Source: Gammaproteobacteria bacterium | Lineage (GTDB): Bacteria; Pseudomonadota; Gammaproteobacteria; Eutrophobiales; Eutrophobiaceae | Direction: 5' to 3' | NCBI GenBank assembly: GCA_021773215.1 | Contig: JAJFKM010000077.1 | Span: 5,973 to 69,972 of the forward strand | Length of the DNA stretch: 64,000 bases | Shown here: positions 10,318 through 20,833 of the stretch, piece after piece | How positions within the stretch are numbered: position 1 is the stretch's first letter | Layout of the letters: the number at the start of each line of letters is the position of its first letter | Notes under the pieces: model-generated | The model's database searches: none | Seen by the model: the letters and a program-made list of their open reading frames with translations, nothing else | Told to the model about the DNA's origin: nothing | Translations under genes and position numbers: made by a program

Positions 10318-10959
10318 CTATCCTAACTGAAGGCGTGAAGTATTTACTTGATCTAACTCAATATGTTGGTGACTGGTTAACACCAATATTCCACCATTAT
10401 GCACATGATCTTTAAATCGAGTTTCTAAAGCACTAATCATTTTTTTATCCAGTCCAGCGAAGGGCTCATCAAGGATCCATAGCTGTGATGGTTCCATCAA
10501 TAATCGCGTTAAAGCAATACGACGTTGTTGGCCATAAGATAAATGCCTGCCTGGGCTATCTTCATTACCCTTTAATCCAACCCATTCTATTGCTGTTTGA
10601 GAATTCTCCTTTTGGGGTAAGCCGGAAAGTGCAGAAAAGAAATTGATGTTCTCTAGCGTACTCAACTCAGCTTTGACACCCGTGCTATGCCCGAGATAAG
10701 TTAGCTGTTGATTATAATCAATGCGTTCATCTTCTATACTTTTATCGTTCCATGTTATCTGACCTTCATCGGCTTGCATCAGACCAGAAAGAATACGTAA
10801 CAAGGTTGTTTTACCACTACCATTACTGCCTTCAATAAATAACATTTCGCCAGACTTAACTGAAAAACTAATGCCATTAATGATTAATTTATCATTGATC
10901 TCGTAAATCAGATTATCAGCACGTAGTTCATTGTTGTCACTGAGAGTAGTGGAGCTCAT
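10318..10959 (-). CDS. ccmA: Heme ABC exporter ATP-binding protein CcmA
   Basis: GSNGSGKTT Walker A, LSYGQQRR, WILDEPF; first gene of the ccm operon. Confidence 0.95.
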   Translation of the reverse strand: MSSTTLSDNNELRADNLIYEINDKLIINGISFSVKSGEMLFIEGSNGSGKTTLLRILSGLMQADEGQITWNDKSIEDERIDYNQQLTYLGHSTGVKAELSTLENINFFSALSGLPQKENSQTAIEWVGLKGNEDSPGRHLSYGQQRRIALTRLLMEPSQLWILDEPFAGLDKKMISALETRFKDHVHNGGILVLTSHQHIELDQVNTSRLQLG

Positions 10960-11147
10960 ATAATATTTTAAAGGTATCTGGACTAGTTAAAGAATGGCTT
11001 CGTAGAATACAGTACCAGTTAGTGAGATCAATATCGTTAATTGTTCAAAAATATCAACACGACTTTTGAAAAGTAAAAGTGACTAAATATCCTCAGATTT
11101 AATTAACAAAGTTACTTTTACATTTAGGGGAAATTCTTTCAATCATG

Positions 11148-11213
11148 ATAGGCAGCAGCTATCAATATAATAGCCATTAAGAATTAGACTCATTCTAAGC
11201 GCAGGCGTACTTT
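11148..11213 (+). promoter_or_regulatory. OxyR-type box abutting a sigma70 promoter of katG
   Basis: ATAG-N7-CTAT-N7-ATAG-N7-GAAT at 11148-11184, then TAGACT-17nt-TACTTT (11185-11213). Confidence 0.75.
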
Positions 11214-11252
11214 CTACCTACACAAATACAAATCTAATATGTGGAGGTATAT

Positions 11253-13493
11253 ATGCTTAAAAATACAATAAATATAATGGCAATGATTGGAAGTGCCATG
11301 CTAATACTCGGATTATCAACTGCATTTTCCGTTAATCTTGCGATGGCACAAGAAAACGGTATGACCAATAAAGATTGGTGGCCTGAGAAGCTAAATCTTG
11401 AGCAGCTACGTGCACATGATCCAGCGTCTAACCCTTATGGTGACGATTTTGATTATGCTAAGGCATTCCAAAGTGTCGATCTCAAAGCACTTAAAGATGA
11501 TATTGAGAAAACATTGACAACATCTCAAACCTGGTGGCCTGCTGATTGGGGGCACTATGGTGGTTTAATGATTCGTTCAGCGTGGCACGCGTCTGGTACC
11601 TACCGAACGATGGATGGTCGTGGTGGTGCTGATGGCGGACAGACACGTCTCGAGCCACAGAATAGCTGGCCTGATAATGCTAACCTGGATAAAGCGCGTC
11701 GATTATTGTGGCCGGTAAAACAAAAATACGGTCGCAATGTGTCCTGGGGCGATCTAATTATCCTGGCAGGTAATGTCTCACTAGAATCCATGGGCTTTGA
11801 AACGCTAGGTTTTGCTGGTGGACGTGCAGATGATTGGGAAGCAGACCTCACTTATTGGGGGACTGAAAAGAAATGGTTGGAAGCTGATAAACGTTTTAGC
11901 AAAGATGGAAAACTGGAAAACCCACTTGCTGCTGTGCAGATGGGCTTAATCTACGTTAATCCAGAAGGCCCTGGTGCTAATCATGACCCACTCGATGCTG
12001 CGAAACACATGCGTTTATCTTTTGGTCGCATGGCAATGAACGATGAAGAAATTGTAGCATTGGTTGCTGGTGGACACACTTTAGGTAAAGCTCATGGTGC
12101 TAAGAAGGGCGAGTGCATAGGTGCAGAACCTGCTGCTGCTGCCATTGAAGAGCAGGGGTTCGGCTGGAAAAATAAGTGTGGCAAGGGTAATGCGGAAGAT
12201 ACCATGACTAGTGGACTTGAAGGTGCATGGACTTCTACACCAACTGCCTGGTCTGTTCTTTATCTCGATAATCTGATGAGATTTGATTGGAAACAAACGC
12301 AAAGCCCAGCTGGTGCTCACCAATGGATCCCTACGGATGAAACTGCAGTAAACATGGTGCCTGATGCACATATCGCAGGTAAAAGACATGCGCCAATCAT
12401 GTTTACAACGGATATAGCGTTAAAGGCTGATCCTGGTTTTCGTAAAATTACTGAACGTTTTTTGAAAAGTCCAAAAGAATTTGATATAGCTTTCGCAAAA
12501 GCGTGGTTCAAATTGACACATCGAGATTTGGGTCCTCGTACACGTTATGTCGGGTCAGACGTTCCAGCGGAAGTATTTATTTGGCAAGATCCGGTTCCTG
12601 CTGCTGATTACAAATTAATCAGTAATGATGACGCTGAAAAACTTGAAGGCATGATTATTAAATCTGGATTAAGCATCCCAGAATTAGTTAGAACGGCTTG
12701 GGCATCAGCCTCAAGCTTTCGTGGTTCAGATATGCGAGGTGGCGCTAACGGTGCACGTATTGCACTTGCTCCTCAAAAGAATTGGGAAGCAAACAATCCA
12801 TCCGAACTTTCAAAAGTTTTGAAGGCATTGAAAAAGGTTCAAGCTGACTTTAACAAGTCACTTTCAGATGGTAAGAAAGTTTCGCTTGCTGACGTGATTG
12901 TTGTGGGTGGTAACGCTGCAGTTGAACAAGCAGCGAAGAAAGCCGGTCACAGTGTTGAGATTTCGTTTACACCGGGTCGTACAGATGCGTCTCAAAAGCA
13001 AACCGATGTGAAGTCCTTTGCATGGTTAGAACCAACTGCAGATGCTTTCCGTAATTACTACACTGATAGAAGCTACGGTAATCCAGCTGAAATGTTAATA
13101 GAAAAGGCAGACTTATTAACACTGACGGCACCGGAAATGACTGTTTTGCTCGGTGGTATGCGTACGTTGAATGCCAACATCGGACAGACCAAGCACGGTG
13201 TCCTTACCAATAAACCGGGAACCTTGAATAATGATTTCTTTGTTCATCTGCTTGATATGTCGACGCAGTGGAAGAAGTCAGATAAAACTTCGGGCGTTTA
13301 TGAAGGGGTTGACCGTGCATCTGGAAAGCTTAAATGGACCGCGACATCAGTTGACCTCATCTTCGGTTCAAACTCAGAATTACGAGCATTAGCGGAAACT
13401 TATGCTGCTAATGATGGTAAGAAGCAGTTTGTTAATGATTTCATTAATGTATGGACCAAAGTAATGAACCTTGATCGTTTTGATGTACTTTAA
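11253..13493 (+). CDS. katG: Catalase-peroxidase with N-terminal signal peptide
   Basis: [42 protein letters not shown]; ATG at 11253 after GGAGG; hydrophobic leader ending AMA/Q. Confidence 0.97.
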   Translation: MLKNTINIMAMIGSAMLILGLSTAFSVNLAMAQENGMTNKDWWPEKLNLEQLRAHDPASNPYGDDFDYAKAFQSVDLKALKDDIEKTLTTSQTWWPADWGHYGGLMIRSAWHASGTYRTMDGRGGADGGQTRLEPQNSWPDNANLDKARRLLWPVKQKYGRNVSWGDLIILAGNVSLESMGFETLGFAGGRADDWEADLTYWGTEKKWLEADKRFSKDGKLENPLAAVQMGLIYVNPEGPGANHDPLDAAKHMRLSFGRMAMNDEEIVALVAGGHTLGKAHGAKKGECIGAEPAAAAIEEQGFGWKNKCGKGNAEDTMTSGLEGAWTSTPTAWSVLYLDNLMRFDWKQTQSPAGAHQWIPTDETAVNMVPDAHIAGKRHAPIMFTTDIALKADPGFRKITERFLKSPKEFDIAFAKAWFKLTHRDLGPRTRYVGSDVPAEVFIWQDPVPAADYKLISNDDAEKLEGMIIKSGLSIPELVRTAWASASSFRGSDMRGGANGARIALAPQKNWEANNPSELSKVLKALKKVQADFNKSLSDGKKVSLADVIVVGGNAAVEQAAKKAGHSVEISFTPGRTDASQKQTDVKSFAWLEPTADAFRNYYTDRSYGNPAEMLIEKADLLTLTAPEMTVLLGGMRTLNANIGQTKHGVLTNKPGTLNNDFFVHLLDMSTQWKKSDKTSGVYEGVDRASGKLKWTATSVDLIFGSNSELRALAETYAANDGKKQFVNDFINVWTKVMNLDRFDVL

Positions 13494-13547
13494 TCTAGAT
13501 AGGAAAGGAGTTTGAAAGCTTCTGAAACGCAGCTTTCATAAAAACAG

Positions 13548-13580
13548 AAAGGGACTGATAAAAATGTCAGTCCCTTTTTT
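13548..13580 (+). terminator. Rho-independent terminator of katG
   Basis: AAAGGGACTGA-loop-TCAGTCCCTTT followed by a T run. Confidence 0.85.
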
Positions 13581-13667
13581 ATAACTCATAATCAAATATA
13601 TCATATTATAAAATATAAGCATTGAGTTTCAATACTAGCACTACGGATAATTATTGCTTACAGGAGT

Positions 13668-13692
13668 ATTCGCATTGATTATCAATGCGAAT
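13668..13692 (-). terminator. Inverted repeat directly after the hemerythrin-domain gene stop
   Basis: ATTCGCATTGAT-T-ATCAATGCGAAT, a 12-bp perfect inverted repeat. Confidence 0.5.
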
Positions 13693-14199
13693 CTAATAAT
13701 TTGGCTCTTTGACTGATGCAATAATCTCAATCCAAGTAAATTTTAAATCTGAAACGAGCTCTCTTATTAGAAGCGGCTCTAGTTGTTCCTCCAGTTCTTT
13801 TAACATTGCTTCTTCTTCGCGCTCTTCGTGATGTTCTGTTAGCCCTTTAAATGTTTTTTCTTTATCCAACAGAGCGATAATATTTCTGCGAAATTGAGAT
13901 TTAGATATTCTCTGTTCGCTCAACCAGTCTACATCTTTACTAATGTTTTCAAACAATCGTTCTATTTTTTCATGTTCTTTTATGTAGAGGCTTACATCCC
14001 ATTTGCTGTGACGATCTATCTTTTCAAATAAAGGAAAGATATATCGTTCTTCAAGTTTTGCATGAGACTCATGACATAGGTTGAAGTTGTTTAAAAGTGT
14101 TATTGCCTCTTTAAAGTGACCTTGTAAAAGGGCTTCCTGATGTTGTGCAAAGACTTCTCGCAAGTCTAGATGTTGTTTGTGTATTATTTCTACAAGCAT
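13693..14199 (-). CDS. Hemerythrin/HHE-domain protein
   Basis: H...HAKLEERYIFP...EHEKI...HHEEREE helical-bundle motifs. Confidence 0.75.
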   Translation of the reverse strand: MLVEIIHKQHLDLREVFAQHQEALLQGHFKEAITLLNNFNLCHESHAKLEERYIFPLFEKIDRHSKWDVSLYIKEHEKIERLFENISKDVDWLSEQRISKSQFRRNIIALLDKEKTFKGLTEHHEEREEEAMLKELEEQLEPLLIRELVSDLKFTWIEIIASVKEPNY

Positions 14200-14272
14200 G
14201 GATTCTTCTTCTCTAGTTATTTATTGAATAAATCAGAATTCAAGATTGTTGGACTATAAAAGTGAGAGAGCG

Positions 14273-14632
14273 TTAACGGATATGCTCAATAATGACAAAT
14301 GATTTATGACGATATCGTTTTGGTAAATGGCTACTGATGGCTCCAATTAGCAATACGCAAACTAACAGAATGATACGTTCTTCCCAAAACAGGGGTATAA
14401 ATAGTAATAAAATTATTTTAAATAATATCGCAATACCTCTAACTTCAAACAATATAGCCAAACTTGAATGGAGATCAGTTAACACGATAATGATGCCTGT
14501 GACCACTGTGGTCCAAAGCCAAGGCTCTAAGACGGCTTCTGTCTGATTAAATATATGTCCGCCAAGCAATACGCCGGCAGCGAGAATGTGCAGTGCGCGG
14601 CTTAAGACACGTATGCTTAAACGGAAAGGCAA
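14273..14632 (-). CDS. Hypothetical four-TM membrane protein (start probably upstream, near 14698-14701)
   Basis: Hydrophobic helices, RALHIL...SSHLPKRYRH; the frame stays open to an AGGAG RBS. Confidence 0.7.
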   Translation of the reverse strand: MPFRLSIRVLSRALHILAAGVLLGGHIFNQTEAVLEPWLWTTVVTGIIIVLTDLHSSLAILFEVRGIAILFKIILLLFIPLFWEERIILLVCVLLIGAISSHLPKRYRHKSFVIIEHIR

Positions 14633-14809
14633 GTCTCTGGGTTTATCTGGAAATAAACACGATAAAAACTGATTGTTACTATCAATTATAAGTTTTATCA
14701 GTTATCTCCTGATTTTAGCCCTCAAGAAAGATAAATTGTCCTTGGAAATGGATTTAATGCAAGGTATTAATCTTGCGATCTTAGCTGAACATATAGCTCT
14801 AGTAATTAA

Positions 14810-15568
14810 TTAAACTCGAAATACATATTCCTTGCCAGCTTCACGATCTATATCAGGTGGGAAATTTTTATATTTATCGTCATAGTACTGCTTTAAATGC
14901 TCACCTTCAGATAATTTATTATAGGTTGCAAAATATAGACGCCGTGTTGTGTCTGTTAAGTTGGGTTCAGATGCATGAGGTGTATAGCAATCGAAGAAAA
15001 CAATATCACCAGGTTTGGTAGGATAGTGTACAAACTCCATATCTGCCATATCATTTTCTGTAAGCGGTTCCCATTCACGGTACAGGCCTTGATTCTGAAA
15101 ACCGGAAACCATCTGCAAACAACCATTTTCTATAGTTGCTTCATCTATACAAACTAACACACTAATAAAATAATCGGCATAATCTTGCCATCCAGCTTGT
15201 GAGTCCTGATGCGGTTTGAAACCATCGCCGCCCGGCATTTTAAAATTAATTTTTTCTTTAAATAGAGCAGCATCTTCATCAAATAATTGTGCCATTGGGT
15301 ATTTAAGCGCATCACTTAATTCAGCAAAACCTTCATGAAATGGAGAAATGTTTTCTATGCGATTGATGAGTTCTATCTCTGGATCAATCTTGCTCTCTTC
15401 ATGGTATACCCAATGAGCACCAGATTTTTCAGGCATGTTAGCAAGTTCTGTTGCCCAAGATTCAATCATGTCGGTTTCATTCTGGTCAAAACCATTTTTA
15501 ATTATTAGAAAGCCATCTTTTTTGAATTGTTCGATTTGTTCTTTGTTGATTTTTGGTTTGGTAAGCAT
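14810..15568 (-). CDS. Fe(II)/2-oxoglutarate dioxygenase, PhyH family, PhnY-like
   Basis: LFKEKINFKMPGGDGFKPHQD (HxD), PHASEPN, C-terminal FPPDIDREAGKEY resembling PhnY-type enzymes. Confidence 0.8.
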   Translation of the reverse strand: MLTKPKINKEQIEQFKKDGFLIIKNGFDQNETDMIESWATELANMPEKSGAHWVYHEESKIDPEIELINRIENISPFHEGFAELSDALKYPMAQLFDEDAALFKEKINFKMPGGDGFKPHQDSQAGWQDYADYFISVLVCIDEATIENGCLQMVSGFQNQGLYREWEPLTENDMADMEFVHYPTKPGDIVFFDCYTPHASEPNLTDTTRRLYFATYNKLSEGEHLKQYYDDKYKNFPPDIDREAGKEYVFRV

Positions 15569-15592
15569 ATTTTTAATTTTTCGATTATTGGT

Positions 15593-16984
15593 TTAGATCA
15601 TTTTAGAAAAGTTGTTGTTGCTTTTTTCTCTATCAAGATAAATGTCGAAAACAGAACAGATATTTCTTAACAGGAATCTGCCTGCAGGTAATATTTCAAT
15701 TGCATCTTTATTAATTATTAATAATTCATCTTTTTGCATATCAGCTAACAAATCTATTTCCTTTGAGAAGTAATCTGAAAAATCTATTTTGAACAAATCT
15801 TCAATCTCACGAAATTCAATTTGAAAGTGACAAATTAATTTTGAAATTACTTCTCTTCTAAGCTCATCATCATTACTTAATTTATATCCACGTAGAAGAG
15901 GTGTTTTGTTTTTTTCTAAGGCGCTGTGATATTCCTCTAGAGTGCGAATATTTTGTGAATATGAATTGCTTATTTTGCTTATAGCAGTAATGCCAAAGCC
16001 AATGACATCACAACTAGCATTAGTAGAGTACCCTTGAAAATTCCGATATAAATTTCCTTTGCGTTGTGCAACTGCTAATTCATCATCCGGTTTAGCAAAA
16101 TGATCCATGCCGATATAAACATAGCCTGCATCTTGTAAGGAGTGAATTGATTCTCCAAGTATCTCAAGCTTTTCACTGGGGCTTGGCAGATCTTCATCTT
16201 TTATCTGGCGCTGTGTTTTGAATAAATGAGGAAGGTGAGCATAATTATATACCGCAATTCGATCAGGGCTCATTTCAATAATTTTGCTGATTGTGTTGCA
16301 AAAAGTACGTGGAGTTTGTTTCGGTAGTCCGTATATCAAGTCTATATTTATTGAATGAAACCCGTGTTTTCGAGCTTCATTAAAAACATTTTTAGTTTGT
16401 TCATAAGACTGATTTCGATTAACAGCGTTTTGTACCTGAGGATCAAAATCCTGCACGCCAATGCTCATCCTATTAAATCCGAGGTTTCTTAACAGGTGGA
16501 TTGTTTCTGTTTTTACTTCTCGTGGGTCTATTTCAATGGAATATTCACCAGTATCATCATCAAGCAAAGTAAAGTTGTTTTTTATCACATTCATCAAGTC
16601 AGTCATTTTATCATGTGATATAAAAGTGGGTGTGCCACCTCCCCAATGGAGCTGGCGTACGATACGATCATTGTCGAAAAGTGGACCTTGTAGATTAATC
16701 TCTTTATGCAAATCTTCTAGATAAGGGATGCTGCGATTGCGATTTGCAGTTATTATTTTATTACAGGCACAATAAAAACAGACCGTGTTACAAAATGGCA
16801 GGTGTATGTAGATCGATAAGGGCTTAGGTAATAAATCTTCATTTGAATCTTTTATAACCTGGCAATAATCCTTGATTCCAAACTCTTCGCTGAATTGAGT
16901 TGCAGCAGGGTAGGATGTGTATCGAGGCCCTAACTGGTTGTATCGATTAATTAATTCTTTATTGAAGGTAATGGATTGTTTCAA
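15593..16984 (-). CDS. hemN: Oxygen-independent coproporphyrinogen III oxidase
   Basis: GPRYTSYP, HLPFCNTVCFYCAC radical-SAM motif, HWGGGTP, RNFQGYST. Confidence 0.97.
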   Translation of the reverse strand: MKQSITFNKELINRYNQLGPRYTSYPAATQFSEEFGIKDYCQVIKDSNEDLLPKPLSIYIHLPFCNTVCFYCACNKIITANRNRSIPYLEDLHKEINLQGPLFDNDRIVRQLHWGGGTPTFISHDKMTDLMNVIKNNFTLLDDDTGEYSIEIDPREVKTETIHLLRNLGFNRMSIGVQDFDPQVQNAVNRNQSYEQTKNVFNEARKHGFHSINIDLIYGLPKQTPRTFCNTISKIIEMSPDRIAVYNYAHLPHLFKTQRQIKDEDLPSPSEKLEILGESIHSLQDAGYVYIGMDHFAKPDDELAVAQRKGNLYRNFQGYSTNASCDVIGFGITAISKISNSYSQNIRTLEEYHSALEKNKTPLLRGYKLSNDDELRREVISKLICHFQIEFREIEDLFKIDFSDYFSKEIDLLADMQKDELLIINKDAIEILPAGRFLLRNICSVFDIYLDREKSNNNFSKMI

Positions 16985-17044
16985 TGCTTAAGCCAAGTAA
17001 ATGCTGAATGGACATTAAGATAATTCGAAAATATTTTAAATACC

Positions 17045-17058
17045 TTGATCTGGATCAA
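17045..17058. promoter_or_regulatory. FNR/ANR box upstream of hemN
   Basis: Perfect TTGAT-CTGG-ATCAA; minus-strand -10-like TATCTT at 17017-17022 gives class II spacing. Confidence 0.85.
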
Positions 17059-17146
17059 AGCTTGGAAAAATACGACTCTTAAAAACAATATAAATTCTAA
17101 ACATAATGCAGCGGATCAAATCCGATTGCTTCTTGAACTCGAGGTT

Positions 17147-17488
17147 TTAATTGGAGAGGGTGAAAAATAATGTCTCTATATATTCGATATCGAATTCTGT
17201 AGTGTAAACAAAACGGAATCCAGTGTTATAAAAGGGGGTTTCCAAATGAGGTTCGCACCATCTGCATTGTGCGGTTAACGAGGTTCTTATCTTCTTGTTT
17301 AATCCATTAGGTATTTCAAGACTGATGCGAATTTTTTCTCCTATAGGAAAATCACTTTTCCCTATCAACATCATCCCATAGGCATTCAAATCGGCTGTAT
17401 GTCCAATTGAACGGCCTGAGCTTTGCTCAAATACCTCTTCGACTATCGCTAGGCGTGCCCTGTTTCGACGATCTGCAAGTTGTTCCAT
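17147..17488 (-). CDS. PilZ domain protein
   Basis: RRNRAR (RxxxR) and DLNAYG (D/NxSxxG-like) motifs. Confidence 0.8.
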   Translation of the reverse strand: MEQLADRRNRARLAIVEEVFEQSSGRSIGHTADLNAYGMMLIGKSDFPIGEKIRISLEIPNGLNKKIRTSLTAQCRWCEPHLETPFYNTGFRFVYTTEFDIEYIETLFFTLSN

Positions 17489-17641
17489 AAATCACTATTA
17501 TATAAGGTTATCAATCTATATCGGCTTTTAATGACAGATGTTTAGACTATTTAAGGATTATTGGTCCTAAGCCCATAAAATAACGGCAATTTTAAGATTC
17601 CAGATAATCTAGAACACTAGATAATTGCTATTTGATGATGA

Positions 17642-18142
17642 TTATTGCTGTTCTGATGTTTTTCTTTGTTGACCGTAGTGCTCATTCATCAGGTTTTTAA
17701 CGTCCTTTGCTTGATCAAATAGATCCTCAATCCCTTGTGGTGAGTAGATATTTACCTCAGATTCATCGATATCACTAGTTTGTGGCAATTGCGAATGTGG
17801 AATATTTTGATTTGTAGTAGAAACAGCAGGAACAATATTTGTCTCGCTGCTTAATTCAATTGTTTCAACATTAATGCCAGCATCTGGCTTTACACTTGTA
17901 TAATGAATTATTCCTTTCGCATCACGCCATTTATATAAATATTTTGTATCAGTTGACTCTTCTCCATTTAAATCAAGCAAATTTGTTGCAGATTCAGATA
18001 TTTTAGAAAGGTTTAAATCAGGCATACTGGATTTTGGCAAGACCAAATTTGGCGAATTGCCAGTCAGTAGGTAGTTAACGTACAAACCAACAACTATTAA
18101 TGTGGATGAAATAAACAGTGTTTTTAATACAAATTTAGTCAT
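17642..18142 (-). CDS. DUF4124 domain protein
   Basis: N-terminal TM; YKWRDAKGIIHYTSVKP. Confidence 0.75.
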   Translation of the reverse strand: MTKFVLKTLFISSTLIVVGLYVNYLLTGNSPNLVLPKSSMPDLNLSKISESATNLLDLNGEESTDTKYLYKWRDAKGIIHYTSVKPDAGINVETIELSSETNIVPAVSTTNQNIPHSQLPQTSDIDESEVNIYSPQGIEDLFDQAKDVKNLMNEHYGQQRKTSEQQ

Positions 18143-18231
18143 ATTGCTTGACCGGTGATGTTTCTATTGTTTAGTAATACGCTTAGGATATGTTTGTTAA
18201 TTTTATACTAATCAGTTTTATAATATAAAAC

Positions 18232-19056
18232 ATGAAATATTTGAGTATTCTCAGCTTAATTCTAGCAACGCTACTCCTGTCAGGTTGTGGCCCTATGGCT
18301 CTGGTTGGTGCCGTTGGACAAACTGTCAATAATGCAGCATACAATTCTGCTGAAAGAGAATTAAATAACCCACAAAGAAATCGTAGTGATCAAGCTCTCG
18401 AAGTAGCTATTGCTAATATGAATCTTGGCGTTGAGTACATGCAACAAGGGGCTTATGAAAACGCACTGACGAGGTTAAGACGTTCACTTCTGGCCAAGTC
18501 AGATTATGCCCCAACATATAATGTCCTGGGTTTACTTTATCAACGCTTGGGCGATCCCATTGAATCGGAGAATAATTTTAAAAAATCCTTGTCTTTGGAT
18601 TCTAGCGATTCATCAGCTCATAACAATTACGGTTTATTGTTATGTAATAGTGGTCGGATCGATGAAGCTGAGACACAGTTTTTAAATGCTGCAAACAACC
18701 CATTATATGACTCGCCAGAAATAGCACTAACTAATGCAGGGTTATGTGTGTTTGATAATAAACCACAAATAGGTGAGGGCTATTTTAAACAAGCACTAAA
18801 CAAAAATCCGCGTTTTTCACATGCCTTAATAAAAATGGCTAATATTTCTTATGATAGAAATCAATACGAGTTAGCTCATCAATATTTTAAACGGTATCAG
18901 GAAAATGCAAGGCACACCGCAAAGAGTTTATGGATAGGGATTCAAATCTGCAAAGAGCTCAACTTAAGAGATGATGTGTCCAGCTATGCCTTGTTATTGC
19001 GAAATCAATATCCTGACACATCAGAAGCAAAAAAGTTAAGCGAATTGCATTTATAA
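18232..19056 (+). CDS. Type IV pilus biogenesis/stability TPR lipoprotein, PilW/PilF-like
   Basis: Lipobox LLSGC; NMNLGVEYM, HNNYGLLLC, NPLYDSP, TNAGLC. Confidence 0.8.
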   Translation: MKYLSILSLILATLLLSGCGPMALVGAVGQTVNNAAYNSAERELNNPQRNRSDQALEVAIANMNLGVEYMQQGAYENALTRLRRSLLAKSDYAPTYNVLGLLYQRLGDPIESENNFKKSLSLDSSDSSAHNNYGLLLCNSGRIDEAETQFLNAANNPLYDSPEIALTNAGLCVFDNKPQIGEGYFKQALNKNPRFSHALIKMANISYDRNQYELAHQYFKRYQENARHTAKSLWIGIQICKELNLRDDVSSYALLLRNQYPDTSEAKKLSELHL

Positions 19057-19163
19057 AAAAATAATAACCTCTATTTATTTATATCTATTTTGATATGAAT
19101 CAATAAATAAAAATCCTTTCATTGCTAACCTTTAGATATGATAATTAATACGAAGGTGTTGTT

Positions 19164-20075
19164 ATGTCGGATGACACAATACAAAAACTAGCGATATTGT
19201 ATGCAGATGTTTCAGGGAGCACGCATATTTATGAGAAACATGGTGATGTAATAGCACGTCAAAATATAGAAGCTTGTATCTCTATATTATCAGATGTGGC
19301 CTCCAGCCTGGAAGGTAGCGTCGTCAAAACTATTGGCGATGAAGCCATGTGTAAATTCCCAAACCCCGTCAAAGCCGCGATGGCAGCAACAGCTATGCAT
19401 GAAGCACTTCAACTAGCAAGTGAACAAGGAAAGTTTAGTATTGGCGAGGTGCATGTAAAAATAGGTTGGCATTATGGTTCGGTTCGGTATAGAGGCAAGG
19501 AACTCATAGGTGAAGCACCCATTATCGCTCAGCAGATTATCAACCTTGCAAAAAAGGATGAAATTCTTACAAGCAGTCAAAGTATTGATGCATTACCAGA
19601 AGAACTTAAATATAACGCCCGATTCATTAATTCTGTAGAAGCGGATGCCTGGGATGGTGAGCTAAAAGTTTATGGCCTTCCATGGGAAGAAGAAGAGGAG
19701 GTGACAAGGATTGGTAAATTGCCTTCTACTGAAGATGATACAACTCATAAAGTACTTCTGCTGGATTACGGCGACAAACAAATTCGACTCGATTCAGAGC
19801 ATACCCATTGCACGATTGGCCGTGGAGATATGAATAATCTTTGTGTCGATGGAAAATTTACATCAAAGTCACATGCAGAAATCACTTTCCGTCATGGCAT
19901 TTTTCATTTGCAAGACAATAGCACAAATGGAACAGCTGTCTATTTTGCAAATGGGAGAAATATCCGATTACATAGAGAGGAAGCAATGCTGGGAGACCAT
20001 GGCACTATCTACTTTGGTGGCACGCCTTTAAATGATCCTCATGCGGGAGTTATCTTTCGGTGTCATAGGGTATAG
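19164..20075 (+). CDS. Class III adenylate/guanylate cyclase-like domain plus FHA domain
   Basis: LYADVSGST, KTIGDEAM, KIGWHYG; C-terminal IGRG...SKSHAEI...DNSTNGT FHA signature. Confidence 0.85.
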   Translation: MSDDTIQKLAILYADVSGSTHIYEKHGDVIARQNIEACISILSDVASSLEGSVVKTIGDEAMCKFPNPVKAAMAATAMHEALQLASEQGKFSIGEVHVKIGWHYGSVRYRGKELIGEAPIIAQQIINLAKKDEILTSSQSIDALPEELKYNARFINSVEADAWDGELKVYGLPWEEEEEVTRIGKLPSTEDDTTHKVLLLDYGDKQIRLDSEHTHCTIGRGDMNNLCVDGKFTSKSHAEITFRHGIFHLQDNSTNGTAVYFANGRNIRLHREEAMLGDHGTIYFGGTPLNDPHAGVIFRCHRV

Positions 20076-20089
20076 CCTTATCAATAATC

Positions 20090-20467
20090 CTATTCTTCAT
20101 CTGGCAAGTCTGGGAGTGAAAAGGGTGTTGATGGTCCAAGTTGGCGCATATATATAACGCCGCCGTGCGGTCTGTTTATATCTGCTTCTTCATAGATATA
20201 GTAAAATATATCATCTGCTTCATCTTGATTTACAACAACATTTAGCATGTCTTTTTCCGCTTGTTCGCCAGCACCACGATAGGCTAGGGGCGTGATTTTC
20301 CCCATGCCACGTGCCGATTTAAGATTAGTCCTGATAATGCCTTTTTCAGTTTTTAATTTTTTTAAAATTGGCGAAGCCATACCTTTTGGTAATATGCAGG
20401 TGATTAATTTATCGTTAGAGAAGTTAATGTTTCCCATGGATTCCAGATTTTCTAGTTTGTTAGGCAC
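20090..20467 (-). CDS. P-II-like protein
   Basis: LITCILPKG...ARGMG...EKDMLNVVV...ADINRPHGGVIYM; paralogous to 20468-20833. Confidence 0.75.
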   Translation of the reverse strand: MPNKLENLESMGNINFSNDKLITCILPKGMASPILKKLKTEKGIIRTNLKSARGMGKITPLAYRGAGEQAEKDMLNVVVNQDEADDIFYYIYEEADINRPHGGVIYMRQLGPSTPFSLPDLPDEE

Positions 20468-20833
20468 TTAAGCTTCCGTAGCGAGTTTGTCAGCAATTTC
20501 CGCAGGTATGTAAGTAGCGGCCTTTTCCAAAGGAGTAACATACATGAAGCCCATACCTGGCGTATCGAGATTTCCCGCCAGATATATTTTTTCAAATATA
20601 CGATCAATTTGATCAGTAGCAACAACAATATTAATGATTTCTTTTTCAACTTCGACTGCAATTCCAAGCACGCCAAGTCTTTCTCTAACGCCACTGCCTC
20701 GCGCATAAAATACAGTTGCACCTTGAGCGCCACCATCCTGGGCAGCCTTTACTATAGTGTCTGCGCATCCTTTTTGAATTATGCACGTTATTAATGCTAC
20801 ATCGGTTAATACAACGATATTGCGTTTACTCAT
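20468..20833 (-). CDS. P-II family regulator
   Basis: GAQGATVFYARGSG...EKEIINIVV...LDTPGMGFMYV. Confidence 0.85.
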   Translation of the reverse strand: MSKRNIVVLTDVALITCIIQKGCADTIVKAAQDGGAQGATVFYARGSGVRERLGVLGIAVEVEKEIINIVVATDQIDRIFEKIYLAGNLDTPGMGFMYVTPLEKAATYIPAEIADKLATEA

